Position numbers and translations under genes: made by a program
Source: Eledone cirrhosa
Lineage: Eukaryota
Length of the DNA: 64,000 bases
Direction: 5' to 3'
NCBI GenBank assembly: GCA_964016885.1
Contig: OZ024743.1
Span: forward strand, 260,772,001 to 260,836,000
Shown: one piece after another, positions 50,577 to 64,000 of the stretch
How the letters are laid out: each line of letters opens with the position of its first letter
How positions within the stretch are numbered: position 1 is the first letter of the stretch
The notes under the pieces: generated by a model
Databases searched by the model: none
Seen by the model: only the letters and a program-made list of their open reading frames with translations
What the model was told of the DNA's origin: nothing

Positions 50577-51179
50577 ATCACTGATGAGGGACTCTTTTTA
50601 TAACTTGTTATCCATGTGCAACCAGCAGTATTCTTCTCACCCATATTTTCATATATTTACCCAAACTGCAATTCTGTGTTTCTCTCTTTCTCTCTTACTG
50701 CTCCCTCGTTCTCTCTGTTTCTCTTACTTTCTTTCGTCCCCTCTGCCATATCAGTTAACTCTTTCTCTCTACTGACCTCTTCCTCGCACTCCCACTCACT
50801 CAGTCCCTGTTTCTCCCCTTCTTTCTTCCTCCCGTTCGCTGGGAAAACGGTTTTCATTCTTTCTAACACCGGATTCACTAGCGAAAGGTCTGTTTTCTGA
50901 CTCGCTCATATATTCACACAGCTTATGCTGAAAGAATAACTATGTTGCTTGTGTTTATTTCCATCTTCGGTTAGCTTCCCCCTGTGTTGTTTACTTGTCT
51001 CACTCGCTTTACGCGTTTCTATTGTCCTAATAACTTATTTTAGTTATTATCGCTCCAACGTGAGGTATATGATTTTTAATGCGATGAAATACCCATGATC
51101 GTTTGGTAAATCACTGATGAGGGACTCTTTTTATAACATGTTATCCATGTGCAACCAGCAGTATTCTTCTCACCCATAT

Positions 51180-51185
<6 letters not shown>
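50577..51185 (+). mobile_element. Related direct-repeat element (partial repeat, spacer, full repeat) in (TA)n
   Basis: AATCACTGATGAGGG…CCCATATTTTCAT occurs at about 50576-50653 and 51109-51185, with (TA)n on both sides. Confidence 0.6.
51024..51125 (+). ncRNA. Rearranged hammerhead-like RNA, copy d
   Basis: GGTAT-A^TGATTT … GAAA-TACC … AAATCA-CTGATGA. Confidence 0.65.
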
Positions 51186-51257
<72 letters not shown>

Positions 51258-51922
51258 TATATATATATAAGAACGTAGAACTAAGTAAAAGTGCGAACCG
51301 TATTTATTTAAAATTTATTTAAACCTATTAGTGGTCGGAAGGTAAGCCATCAATGGAAATATAGTCGTTCTGCGATGAATGGAAACCGGACTTCTTAGAG
51401 GAAACTTACACTTCCAGATATTGGAATTGGCCTAGAACAATACTTAAAAGAATAAAGAAATGACATTAAGTTTTATGGCTTTAGATCTGTAATAATCAAA
51501 GCCTTAGGAATTCTGAACTCTCATTACAGTACCACAAAAAGTACAATATATTAGGCTTTACCAGTAGTAGCATGAATATATAGATTTGGAAGGCTTCCAT
51601 CTCTTGATCATCCTACATAAAATTGATTTCTGCTTCAGCTTCTCTCAGCTTGTTTTCATTTGCCAGCAGATGACATTACAAATGTGGAATATCTTTTTCC
51701 TTGGTATTATTGAAGGAAACATCATTAATATAAAAGTAGTTTTAAGTTAAAGAGAAACTGACGAAATGTAACTATAAATAGAAATGTAATTGCAAGATAA
51801 AAGAAAAATACAAGTATTAACGCAGAAAGATTTAGTAAATATATACACTGAGTGTCTAATTCAATTTACAGAAAATATTACTACTTAATCAAACGTACAA
51901 ATCAAAAGTTAAAATTAACTGA

Positions 51923-52109
51923 AATAATTGTTTCTACTTTTGACTCAAGGCCAGCAATTCTCCCAGTGTATTACTGGTACTTTATTTTATCGACACCATA
52001 AGGATGAAAGGCAAAGTTAACCTCGACGAGATTTGAACCGTAAAGGGACATAACTATACTGCAAAGCATGGTGTCTGACCCTCTACCGATACTACCAATC
52101 CACCGCCCT
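51923..52109 (-). mobile_element. Same SINE family
   Basis: Reverse complement of head and core. Confidence 0.85.
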
Positions 52110-52593
52110 TTTAAATTACCTGAAATAATAGGAGATTGATAAAGTGAGATATCGTAGAAAGCGTGAAAGAAAGTAAAGACAAAAAATAAGAGAGAGAGTG
52201 TGTGTGGACGTAAGATGCGGTAATAGTAGGAGACAGAGGGTGTCAGTACGAGAGGTTAAAATGACGCTGAAGGTAAGCGGAAGTAACAACGGCGTAGTGG
52301 ATACTGTAATTGCAAGACAGATTTTATGTCTTCCAATTACAGTATCCACTTATTTATTAATGCCTTTCATCCTTCCGAAGTCGATAAAATAATTACCAGT
52401 CAAGTACGGGTCGATATGTTCCCTCATACAAGAATTTATGGACTTGTGCCTATGTTAAATAATACAAACGGAATTTTAGGTTAAAGAGAAATAAAACGTA
52501 CAGATTGGAGAAACTGAAAGAATAAGAACTAAATTGGTAGAAATACACTGCAAGAGAGAGAGGAGAAGGGATGGAACAGAGGGGAAGAGGTGG

Positions 52594-52785
52594 TAATAAT
52601 TGTCTCTACTTTTGGCACAAAGCCAGCAATTATCCCAGTGCATTACTGGTGCTTTATTTTATCGACCCAGTAAGGATGAAAGGCAAAGTTAACCTCGGTG
52701 GAATTTGAACTCAGACCGTAAAGGGGGGCAACTCTATGCTGCAAACCATAGCGTCCGACCTTCTACCGATACTGCCAATCCACCG
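52594..52785 (-). mobile_element. Same SINE family
   Basis: Reverse complement of head and core. Confidence 0.85.
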
Positions 52786-53137
52786 TAATAATATGGAAAA
52801 GAGAGTGACAATTGGATATAGGGTAGTACAACACCTTCGCCAACATGGTGATAGCGGAGAAGAAGAAGACAACTACATACAAAATAAGGAGGTTTATAGC
52901 TACAAGGAAAAGTGTGATAAGAAGTAGAAAGAGATGATTAAAGCATTACAAAAGAGTATATTAGACATGATAGATTACTGTGCTGTTTTCCATGGGTCTT
53001 TAATATATTTGAAAAAAATATAATATAACTATTAATATATATTTAGCTTAACATTTCAAGGAAAGATTAAAGCATACTTTATGTTGAAGTAAAAAATAAA
53101 AGTTCGATCTAAGCAACATTCATAATGTAAACCTTAA

Positions 53138-53315
53138 ATAATTATTTCTATTTTTGGCACCCCAATGTGTTACTGGTACTTTATTTTATAGACCCTGTTA
53201 GGATGAGAGGCAAAGCTAACGTCAGCGGGATTTGAACTCAGAACGTAAAGAGCCGTAACAATATGCCTCAAAGCATGTTGTCCGGCTCTCTACTGGTACT
53301 GACAATCCACCACCC
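53138..53315 (-). mobile_element. Same SINE family
   Basis: Reverse complement of head and core. Confidence 0.8.
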
Positions 53316-53766
53316 TAAAACCTTAAATAATAAATGAGATCCAAAAGAAAATAGTAATGGTACCTTCGAAAGTTAATACACATATGGTTCGAACTCTCCA
53401 TCAGCTGAGAATTAGAAAGTTGCTCATCATTTTTTTTTTTTTTTTTTGTATATTAATAATATGAGGTAACTCAAACGAATTGAAAGTAAAGGTATGATTA
53501 AGTCTGTTTTCTGAGGCCAGGATTGAATTTAGACCTTGCGGGGGCCAGGGGCACTTCAGGCACAGCCCCCCCCCCCCCCCCCCTCCAATTTTACATATGA
53601 AGGTTAGCTTAACGCAAGTAATTGAAATTGAAAAGTTTTACATACAGGTATTAAATTCAAAAATTCTAACCATCCTAAAACTAAAAATCTCAGCTGGGGG
53701 CACAAATAAATTGGGACGGCCGTCGCTGACGGGGAGCCCGGGGCAATTTCCCCCTTTAATATCTCT

Positions 53767-53948
53767 AATAATTGTTTCTACTTTTGGCACAAGGCCAGTA
53801 ATTAACCAGTACATTACTGGTACTTTATTTTATCGACCCCGTAAGGATGAAAGACAAAGTTAACCTCGACGGGATTTGAAATCAGACCGTAAAGGGACGT
53901 AACTATGCTAGAAAACATGGCGTCCAACCCTCTACTGCCAATTCACCG
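53767..53948 (-). mobile_element. Same SINE family
   Basis: Reverse complement of head and core. Confidence 0.85.
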
Positions 53949-54586
53949 TATGATATCTCTAATAATGTTATTTCAAGTCCATAGAAAGATAAAATAGAAA
54001 CAGCTCCGCCACTACCCCCACCATCGTCAGCATCAGGATTTGAACTGACAACCGCGCGATATGAAGCCGAATCTATTCACTCCAACATTCTGCTATTCCA
54101 CGCTTGACTAAATAATAGTTAGTGATAGCACTTAATCTTAGACTGTGGAAATGTCTGCTGTATTCTGAACATCATACGAAATGAAAAGCTAAATATATGA
54201 CTTTAATCTAAACCGGGGATTACATGAGATACAAACCGGAGAGAAGCTGAATAATAAAGACGATGTTATCAACGTATTGTTTTAAGCTACCATAAATCCA
54301 TCTGGAAACAATAATACAAAAAAGCGACATTAAGAATATATTAATGCCGAAACTCCACATATAATATAAACTAATAATTTTTTCTACTTTTGGCACAAGG
54401 CCAGCAATTACACAGTACATTACTGGTACTTTATTTTATCGACCCCAGGGTAATTGTTGGCCTTGTGCCAAAAGTAGAAGCAATTATGTATATATATTTT
54501 TTATTTTTACACAAAAACTTAACACACACACACACATATATATAAACATATATATATATATATATATAAACACACACACACATATA

Positions 54587-54628
<42 letters not shown>

Positions 54629-54751
54629 GAAAAGAAATTGAAAATACAACTGGAGCCTTTTAAGAATCTTTTTTATTTACTTTACCGTTCTTATGATTTT
54701 CAAAAAAAAATTGAGATGGAGGGTTTGTATTTCTGTTGTGGTTTGTTTCGC

Positions 54752-54804
<53 letters not shown>

Positions 54805-54912
54805 TACTAAGTACATACATATGTCTATTCCCGAAACTGCAATCGGGACATAGCAATACATTGATAAATGTTTCTTTATCTTGTTTACTTTTCTCAAATA
54901 TAATTATTTATT

Positions 54913-55022
<110 letters not shown>

Positions 55023-55338
55023 CGCTGGTTCTAACAAATCATGGTTGCGAGTAAAGGCATATATGAACATTCATGTAGTATGTGAGTTATACCTAACCAT
55101 ACTGTATGTGTCTATATACACCTTATTTTCAATCATGCTGTGTCAATGGCATTGCATTATATGTAAATGTGCTATCATTAAAACAAGGTTATTTATAAAA
55201 CCTACGCAAGTAGGATTACGCTTTTATTTCCTCGGTATCTCGTAATAGAATCATAACCTGTTGAAATATATGTCGCTCACATCAAAATTCTGTGTACGAT
55301 TGTTATACATAAACTTACTGTAGATGTCTCCATATCCG

Positions 55339-55390
<52 letters not shown>

Positions 55391-55404
<14 letters not shown>

Positions 55405-56170
55405 ATGTATTTTGCAATACACTTTATGCTTAATTAAAAGCATTTTGAAGACCGTATGCTATTGTTTTAGAGTAGTGACAAACGCACTTACTTTAATCTC
55501 AGCAAACAAGGGGAGATAAGCCGACAAGGCCTTGTTTCGCATTTATTGATGCTTATCAAGGCTAACTACTCCCTCCTGTCTACTGAGATCACTGATGTTA
55601 TATTCTTATAGAATTCTAGTAAATAATCAGGAACTGATTATACAGAGCGGTTGCCGGTCAGGCAGAAATTAAAAATTAGAATTGGAGCTCTGAAATAGCA
55701 ATATATATATGAATGTATATATAATGTATTTTGCAATACACTTTATGCTTAATTAAAAGCATTTTGAAAACCGTATGCTATTGTTTTAGAGTAGTGACAA
55801 ACTCACTCTACTTTAATCTCAGCAAACAAGGGGAGATAAGCCGACAAGGCCTTGTTTCGCATTTATTGATGCTTATCAAGGCTAACTACTCCCTCCTGTC
55901 TCCTGATTATTTACTAGAATTCTATAAGAATATAACATCAGTGATCTCAGTAGACAGGAGGGAGTAGTTAGCCTTGATAAGAATCAATAAATGCGAAACA
56001 AGGCCTTGTCGGCTTATCTCCCCTTGTTTGCTGAGATTAAAGTAAGTGAGTTTGTCACTACTCTAAAACAATAGCATACGGTCTTCAAAATGCTTTTAAT
56101 TAAGCATAAAGTTTATTGCAAAATACATTATATATACATTCATATATATATTGCTATTTAAGAGCTCCAA

Positions 56171-56177
<7 letters not shown>
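55391..56177. mobile_element. Penelope-like terminal-repeat cluster: two direct copies and one inverted copy, each with a hammerhead-like motif
   Basis: A ~200-300 bp unit is repeated directly, then inverted. Motif AGCC-TTGATAA-GCAT…ATGC-GAAACAAGGCCTTGTC-GGCT at 55519-55563 (-), 55839-55883 (-) and 55970-56014 (+, one stem II mismatch). Confidence 0.7.
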
Positions 56178-56219
<42 letters not shown>

Positions 56220-56347
56220 TAATAAAAACAATGAATAAAAACAAAGAAACAGTTCCTGAAAATCTTCATCATTTTACGATCGTTTCTAGGATATATATGT
56301 GTTCTTCATACGGATTGGACACGACCGTATATTTTGGTAGATTTATT

Positions 56348-56399
<52 letters not shown>

Positions 56400-56651
56400 T
56401 ATTGGTGTATTGGTGCTCTGAAATAGCGATGTATAATAAACCTTTTAAGGAATTACACCAGTCCTGCCTCCTGTTATTTTATAATAATTAACTCCGTACT
56501 CGCACCACTAACTACACAAACGAAGACGGGTGAATTGCATTACGTCGAGTGCTCTCCCTAATATTACATCAGGGTTGACTATACGGAATGACCAGTTCTA
56601 TCCAGTGGTGAACCAACAAACCTAAATGAATATATATATATATATATATAT

Positions 56652-56856
56652 ATAACGAAGGAAATGTGGTAAGGAACCAGGTGGACCATAACGCACCAAA
56701 TTACTCAATACTTAGGGTAGTAGAGTGGGTAATAGGAACAAGTAAGACCCCGACGGCTGAGCTCAAGCCGTTTCGACGGCTAATTCTGGACGGAATTAGC
56801 CGTCCAGAATAAACCGTCGAAACGGCTTGAGCTCAGCCGTCGGGGTCTTACTTGTT

Positions 56857-56860
<4 letters not shown>
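56652..56860 (-). repeat. Asymmetric fold-back element, copy C
   Basis: Same family, with (TA)n flanks. Confidence 0.8.
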
Positions 56861-56899
<39 letters not shown>

Positions 56900-57131
56900 G
56901 GGTGTGTATGATTGTGTATAGAAGATTATATTAATAAAAGGAATTCCAACTTTGTCTGATTTACTCGTTTTATTTTCAATCCTTTAAAATTTATAATGGT
57001 ATTATAATGAAATAGTATGGTAGAATATTAAATGTTAAGTGTTAATTGAACAAGTACTTTCATGCTTTCGCAATCTTCATGTTCATAATGTGTGGTGACA
57101 GTCAAGTTTGCAATTTTCAACTGTATATATT

Positions 57132-57191
<60 letters not shown>

Positions 57192-57439
57192 TATATATAC
57201 ATATATGCTGTTTTTATACATAAACCTACAGTATATGCGCCCATATTTGCCTCTATATATACACAGCTTTTCCTTTCTTACTTGTAATTGCTGATGGAGT
57301 CGTAGAGGCACCGTATTGTCATACAACGTTTCTGGGGAATTTTAAAATCTGACGGCATCCATTCCTTCTCCAGTTCTGGACAGGGCAGATTCCTTCCAGA
57401 GAATGAGCATGAGTGAGAGAAAGAAAATAAGAAAGAGAC

Positions 57440-57606
57440 TTGGAGGTAGAATCGATGCCAGTACTAGACTGGTATTTCTTTTAGCAATCTCGAAAGGATG
57501 AAAGGCAATGTTAACTTCGGCGACATTTGAACATAGGGGTAGTGAGCCAGAACGAATACCACAATGCATTTTTCCAACGTTCTAACGACTCTACCAATTC
57601 GCTGCC
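57440..57606 (-). mobile_element. Older diverged SINE copy
   Basis: AAGGATGAAAGGCAATGTTAACTTCGGCGACATTTGAAC resembles the core and B-box. Confidence 0.65.
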
Positions 57607-57890
57607 TATATACAAATAATATATAACAGGCTAAAATAAAGGCAGACTGGAAAGCAACAGAACCATTAGCACTGCTCCATCAATGATAAGAGAAATATTT
57701 CAGAATATATATTAATGTGGGGTTAAGGTTGATCTCGCAATCACGTGGTTCCGGGTTTGACCCTACTGTATGGCTTACGGCACTATGGAAAATATCCTCC
57801 ATTATAACCTTGGGGTTATCAATATTTGAGTAGAATTTGGTAGATGGAAACGCATACACACACACACACAAACACACATACATACATATA

Positions 57891-57987
<97 letters not shown>

Positions 57988-58042
57988 TATACATATGCAT
58001 ACATATGTGTGTGTATATATATATGTATGTATATATATATAT

Positions 58043-58195
<153 letters not shown>

Positions 58196-59089
58196 TACAT
58201 ATATATAAACACATATATATATATATATATACACATATATATGTGTGTGCGTCTGCGTGTTACACACACGCACACACACATATATATATGTATGTATAGA
58301 TATATATATACACACTTATATACACACTTATATGTATTTACGTATATATGTCCATGTCAAATTCGTAGGTCGATAGCAGGAAATACGAAAGAATGATTCC
58401 TAAATATAAATCAAAGGTTACAAAGAATTGCACGTAACAAATGAAAAGAAACTTCAACAATTAAAGGCAAAATCGCAAATCATTTGTCACTAGCATTAAA
58501 ATATATGATCGAGGTTAAAAGCTAGACATCTAGTCTGTATATTATTTTTTCTCTTAAATTTAGGTAACATGCTGTGCTCATAAGAACAGCACTTTATATA
58601 ATAAATAAAAATGGCGATTTTATTTTTACTATGTACTAGAAAAACGTTTATAATGAATTGGGTATAGTCATCAATCAATTATTCTCCAGTATGATACAGA
58701 CGTTTTTGTTTGTTTGTTTTGTTGAGTCGATGAAAATCGAAACATATTCCAACAAGAAATGTTGAGAATAAAACATGATAGACATTTAAATATTGAACTA
58801 GTATAAGACAGCCACCTTTAAATGTAAATGCAATTTCCTTGTAGTTTTTTCTGCAAATTATTCAGAGAAACCATACAATTATTCATGTTGAGAACAATAT
58901 TTTATTGATAAAAGACAAATAGAACTGCCTGTCTGTGAATACTCTGTGAACACTACACAAGTATGATTTACTTAAATCATTTTTATCTATTTTCTAATCG
59001 TTATTTCCACTTTCAGCAGACTACGAAACGTCAACATATTTCAATTGGTATTTGAGGATGATCATGGCTGTTTATGTTTTAAGGTCCGT

Positions 59090-59365
59090 CTGCTAGGGAA
59101 GGGATATACTCTGCCAGTCTTTTAAGCCAGTTACTTCTCACGAGAGCCCAACCTGCTAGGGAAGGGATATAGTGTCTGCCGGTCTTTTAGGCCAATTACT
59201 TCCCAGGAGAGGCCAGCTTGAAGGAGAAGTGGTACACTATCTGTTTGTTTTCTAAGCCTATTAGTTCCCATGAGAGGCCAACATGCTGGAGACGGGGTAT
59301 GTTGTCTGTCAGCCTTTTAAGCCAATTACCTCCCACGTGAGGCCAGCATGCTGAGGAAGGGGAAA
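59090..59365. repeat. Degenerate minisatellite, ~62 bp x4-5
   Basis: Recurring CTGCTAGGGAAGGGATATA…TTTTAAGCCAATTACTTCCCA.GAGGCCA. Confidence 0.75.
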
Positions 59366-61198
59366 CGTTTCCGGAAGCATGATTTGAACTCAGAACGCAG
59401 AAAACATGAACAGATGCTGGAAAGCATCCCACCTAACTTTATTAATAATTCTGCCAATCAACCGCACTTTGATTCGTGATTATTCTATTATCTTATTAGT
59501 AATACAAAATTAAGGTTAACAGTAGAAGTATTATATATTTGCTACTTTGCGGAGAAAAAGTTGAATTTCAAGCAGATCAAGCACATTTGCAGAAGCAATT
59601 TTATGAGAATCAAGGATTGTGAGAAAGAAGGATTGCCATTCAGAACACAGAGCTAGAATAGATACTGCAAAGAATATCGCTCAACTCTTTTAACTTGTTC
59701 ACAAGGTGGGAGATAATCATTTTTATGACATCACATTCAGCTAGTCATATATTGATTTAGAAGATCCTGTCTTAATTGAGGTGAATCAAATATAATCAAT
59801 TGAATATATTATGAATTATATGGGAGGTGACATATTTGGAGCGAAGGAAAGGGAATAAATTTCAAGTTGAGAGTTGAAGATAGAGAATGAACCAGTAGCA
59901 AAGGATGATTGATGTCGTAGTATGACCTATATTCCCATAAATACCTGTCGCTTACGCATGACGATGACGTGTATCCATATATATTTTTTAAATAAATTGT
60001 ATACCTGCGTATGTGTGTTTGTGTGTTTGTCTGCTTGTGTGGCTGTGTTCCTGTGTGTTTATGTGTGCTTCTATGTAATGCCTGTCATCGAAGATATGTT
60101 TACGTTTCTGTATCAGGAAAGTATACTGAAATGTAAACATCTCTTCGATGGCAGGAATATCAAAAACAAAAAACAAAAAAAACATTTTTATTTACATTTA
60201 AACATCTGTCTGTCGACAACACATTGATTAACCGTTGCATAATGACCGTTTTCATGTCTTTGAAATGTACATAGTGGATTTGATGCAAGGAAATAAACTG
60301 ATTTTGAATATGTAATGCCGTCTCGCTTTCTTCAATTCATATACATATATATATATAACGTTGAAAGAGACAGAAGGCTAAACAATGCAAAATGGACTGT
60401 AAGATGAGATAACGAAAAGTAAAAGTTACCTGGTAATCTTTGTTTTGTTTTGTTGTTGTTGTTGTTCTTTTATCTGTCCAATATTTCGGGACCTAAAAGT
60501 CCCTTCATCAGGGTTTAAGGAACCTTCAGTGGATAACGTTTCAATTTCCTATCTTTGGAATAAAATTTTGATTTTAAATCAAAATCCAAATTTCGATTTT
60601 AAATCTCTCGTTCTCACTCTCACTATCTATCTATCTATTTAGTTATCTTACGCTTTCTCTCTATTTTCCTGGAAAGCATCGGCTGTGTTCAGACATGTTG
60701 AGGGATGGACTCCGCCAAGTTTAAATGCCAACAACATGACGTATGTCATGATTGATAGCCCATTGATGGTTGGATGGGTATGAAAGTCGAAGTATTTAAA
60801 AAAGAATTACATGGTATCCAGAATTTTGGTTGAAGAATTCATTTAAGCATACCTGTGTATGCGTTTGTGTGTGCGCGCGCGCGTGCGTGTGTGCGCGTGT
60901 GTGTGTGTATGCGTGTGTGTGTATGTGTGTGTGTGTGTGTTTGCTCGAAATGACAGTTTTAGAAAAACTTCGAAATCCCTATCACATTTATTGAAAAGTA
61001 AATATAGTTTGCTATAATTCAAGTTTTGCATTCTTTATTCAGTTATTGTTTGCTAATATTTATTTTTATCTCGTAATATTTATAAACATCCATATTAATA
61101 TATATACGAACACATATATAACCACGTACATATATACACACACACTGAAATATATATATATGTGTGTGTGTAAAGATATCTTTTATATATGTGTGTGA

Positions 61199-61232
<34 letters not shown>

Positions 61233-61276
61233 GTATGCATTAACATATATGTTTATAATTTTTATATGACAATAGA

Positions 61277-61315
<39 letters not shown>

Positions 61316-61319
<4 letters not shown>

Positions 61320-61501
61320 AAAATGTATGACGCCGACGGCAGAGCTCAAGCCGTTTCGACGGCTATTTCTGGACTAGCCGTCGAAACGGCTTGAGCTCTG
61401 CCATCGGGGCCATACATTTTCCTATTACCCACTTTACTACCCGAAGTATTGAGTACTCTGGTGCGTAATGATCAATCTGGTTCCTTACCACAACTCATTC
61501 G

Positions 61502-61504
<3 letters not shown>
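61316..61504 (+). repeat. Asymmetric fold-back element, copy D
   Basis: Same family, diverged, with (TA)n flanks. Confidence 0.8.
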
Positions 61505-61571
<67 letters not shown>

Positions 61572-61789
61572 CGAAGGTTAATTATTTGTGTTTGTTTAAT
61601 AACATCTGGTCGAGAGCTTTTTCTGATGGTTAGCGGATAGTTGTTAATATTTCCTTTGTCTAACATTTTGAATGACCCGCCAAAAACTGGGGGTTATTTC
61701 CCTTGCTGGAAATAACACGTGACAACTATATATACGATATGCTGCACCTAGCGGTAACATTTAGCTTCTCGCCCCGTTCTTTTGTAGAA

Positions 61790-62270
61790 CGAAAACCTGT
61801 TGATGAACTGAATCCTCTGTTCGATCATGAATACCACGAGCTTGCCAGTTACGTAAGTCTGATATTTGATTTCGGATTCATAGAAACACTTTAAACGTAT
61901 AACGTTTGATTTGTCCAAGTGTATTTTCCTCAACCTGTTAGTTCTTTCGTTACTTTGGTATATTGTGTGTTAGATTTTGCCTACCACAATGTTCAATTTG
62001 TCAAGCTATTTAAACGTATGTTATTACTCTAAGGACCTACCTTGTCGAGTGCTTTGCTAACTCATTCAGATAGTAGGCCGAATTTGCTTGCACGCCGCCA
62101 GAGATTCGATTTTACTAAGTATCCAATTATATATATATTATATATATATAATTGGATACTTAGTAAAATCGAATCTCTGGCGGTGTGCAAGCAAATTCGG
62201 CCTACTATGTGAATGAGTTAGCAAAGCACTCGATAAGGTAGGTCCTCAGAGTAATAACATACGTTTAAAT
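61790..62270 (+). repeat. Dispersed repeat with a degenerate hammerhead and an adjacent inverted partial copy (62148-62270)
   Basis: TTGATGA…TGAATCC/GGATTCA..GAAAC..GTA. The inverted copy lies across a (TA)n spacer. Confidence 0.6.
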
Positions 62271-62301
62271 TTTATTTTTTATATTTTATATATATATATA
62301 T

Positions 62302-62450
<149 letters not shown>

Positions 62451-62606
62451 TTATATATGTTTGATATAACTATAAATATGTAGGGTAGTACTAAGTACTA
62501 TCCGGTTACCGGTATGACAAAAGGCTCAATGCCTATTTTCAAGTGTTTTACAGAGCCGAGATACAAAGTGTTAAAACGATCAAATTTTAGTTTAGAACAT
62601 TTATTA

Positions 62607-62651
62607 GCTGACAATTGTTTCTTCCAGAGGGAAGTCTGGAATCATCGGAGC
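62607..62651 (-). ncRNA. Minimal type I hammerhead (CCGATGA core variant)
   Basis: GCT-CCGATGA-TTCCAGA cttccc TCTGGAA-GAAAC AATT GTC-AGC. Confidence 0.65.
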
Positions 62652-63787
62652 ATAAGGAATGTCGAAAACGTGTAACTAGAATCCTAGTCATTTAGAACAT
62701 TTAGGGTACATAGTTGTTATTAGTGTCAAAGGCATCATGTGGAGATTCGGGAGTTAAAAAGATGTTCTGCTTGAAATAACACAATTACAGGCAACACTGG
62801 TTGGAAGTGTAATAGGTATAAGTAAAAGTAAAAAGCACAAGCAAAAAAATCACAAGCAAAAAAAACACAGGAAAAGAAGTTATAGGCAAGGACAATTGGT
62901 GTACAATGCAGGAGTCAATACAGTCAATAAGGCATGTATGAGGAAAGAGTTATAGCGCAGTTGAAATAAATTAATTTTGTGTGGGGTGTTAAGTCATGTT
63001 ATATTTGTTATAAACATTTAAGATAGTGTGCAATTTGTTAGAGAGGCATGTGGTGATAATGTAGGTATTTTTATGTAAGGTATAATGTAAAGCACTTGAT
63101 AGAGTTGGGTGTGTGATTATCATTTAAGTGTTTTTGTGTAGTAGTTCGTATTTATGTGCATGTGTTGTTTGTTACTCACAGCTATTAACCATGGGATTAT
63201 TTTGAGTCGTTTATAGTCAATAGGTGTTTGTTTGTTAAATGTAAATTCCTCCGAATTACTGGCCATGTTTTTATTGTAGGTATATTATCTTATGCATTTT
63301 TTATCTATAAATTATCTTTTCTAGGGTTTGTATTAACCGTTATTAAGCTGTTTGTAAACCGTTAGGTTACTTAATTTTATAAGTTAACACAGGAAGTTGT
63401 AAAGTGGGGTTAATAACAAAGGATGGTAATTAATTTTGTTGATAAATTAAGGGTTATTATAATGTTGTGGTAGTGTTATAAATTAATCTATATAGAGTAT
63501 ATACAATATAAAATATAAAATATAAAATATAAAATATTCCTGGTTATATAATTGCTATCTTTTAAACTTCTGTGTGTGGGGGGGGGACATTTTTTTTTAT
63601 TTAGTTTATTATAACTAGATAGTTTTTACTTTGTATATGCATGTATAATATAAGGCATAATATATGTGTGATTATGTATAAACATATATACACAAACACA
63701 CACACATATCTGCACACACACTTATACACACATATACACACGCACATATACATATATATACACACATGCACACACATATATACACAT

Positions 63788-63846
<59 letters not shown>

Positions 63847-64000
63847 GATACATATATACATACATACATACACATACACACACATATATACATGCAAACA
63901 TACTGATTGTGTAGCGATAGTTGAAGTTTTTTTATGACAGGATAGTGAGTTGCATAATATATACTGGAGTAATTGAAGTTATGTTCACAGTTGCCTGCTA

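Noticed and set aside
59090-59365. CRISPR-like repeat-spacer array (also 12753-13155 and 15748-16046)
   Set aside because: Whole units are homologous with no unique spacers, the context is eukaryotic and there are no cas genes. These are minisatellites.
62700-63540. Degenerate Penelope ORF upstream of the 62607 hammerhead
   Set aside because: It is plausible from context, but I could not read a convincing protein motif.

Overview
Eukaryotic (animal) genomic DNA, very AT-rich and full of (TA)n/(TG)n/(TC)n microsatellites. The repeat landscape suggests a coleoid cephalopod such as Octopus; that is inference. The only host gene I can support is a Dbx-family homeobox gene on the + strand, with three coding exons at 16072-16278, 17219-17418 and 29768-30088; its first coding exon was not found. 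Downstream are two head-to-tail L1/Tx1-type non-LTR retrotransposons on the - strand (38.7-49.8 kb), embedded in an (ATCT)n microsatellite. The rest is tRNA-derived SINEs, a truncated RLE-type LINE, Penelope-like remnants and many hammerhead ribozyme motifs. Three observations stand out. (1) A repeat family carries a hammerhead core whose three strands occur in a non-circularly permuted, pseudoknotted order, with covarying helices in three diverged variants. (2) In both Tx1 elements ORF2 is bracketed by a splice donor at the end of ORF1 and an acceptor that coincides with the ORF2 stop codon. (3) These elements appear specific for (ATCT)n targets. All structures and alignments were read by eye and no searches were run.
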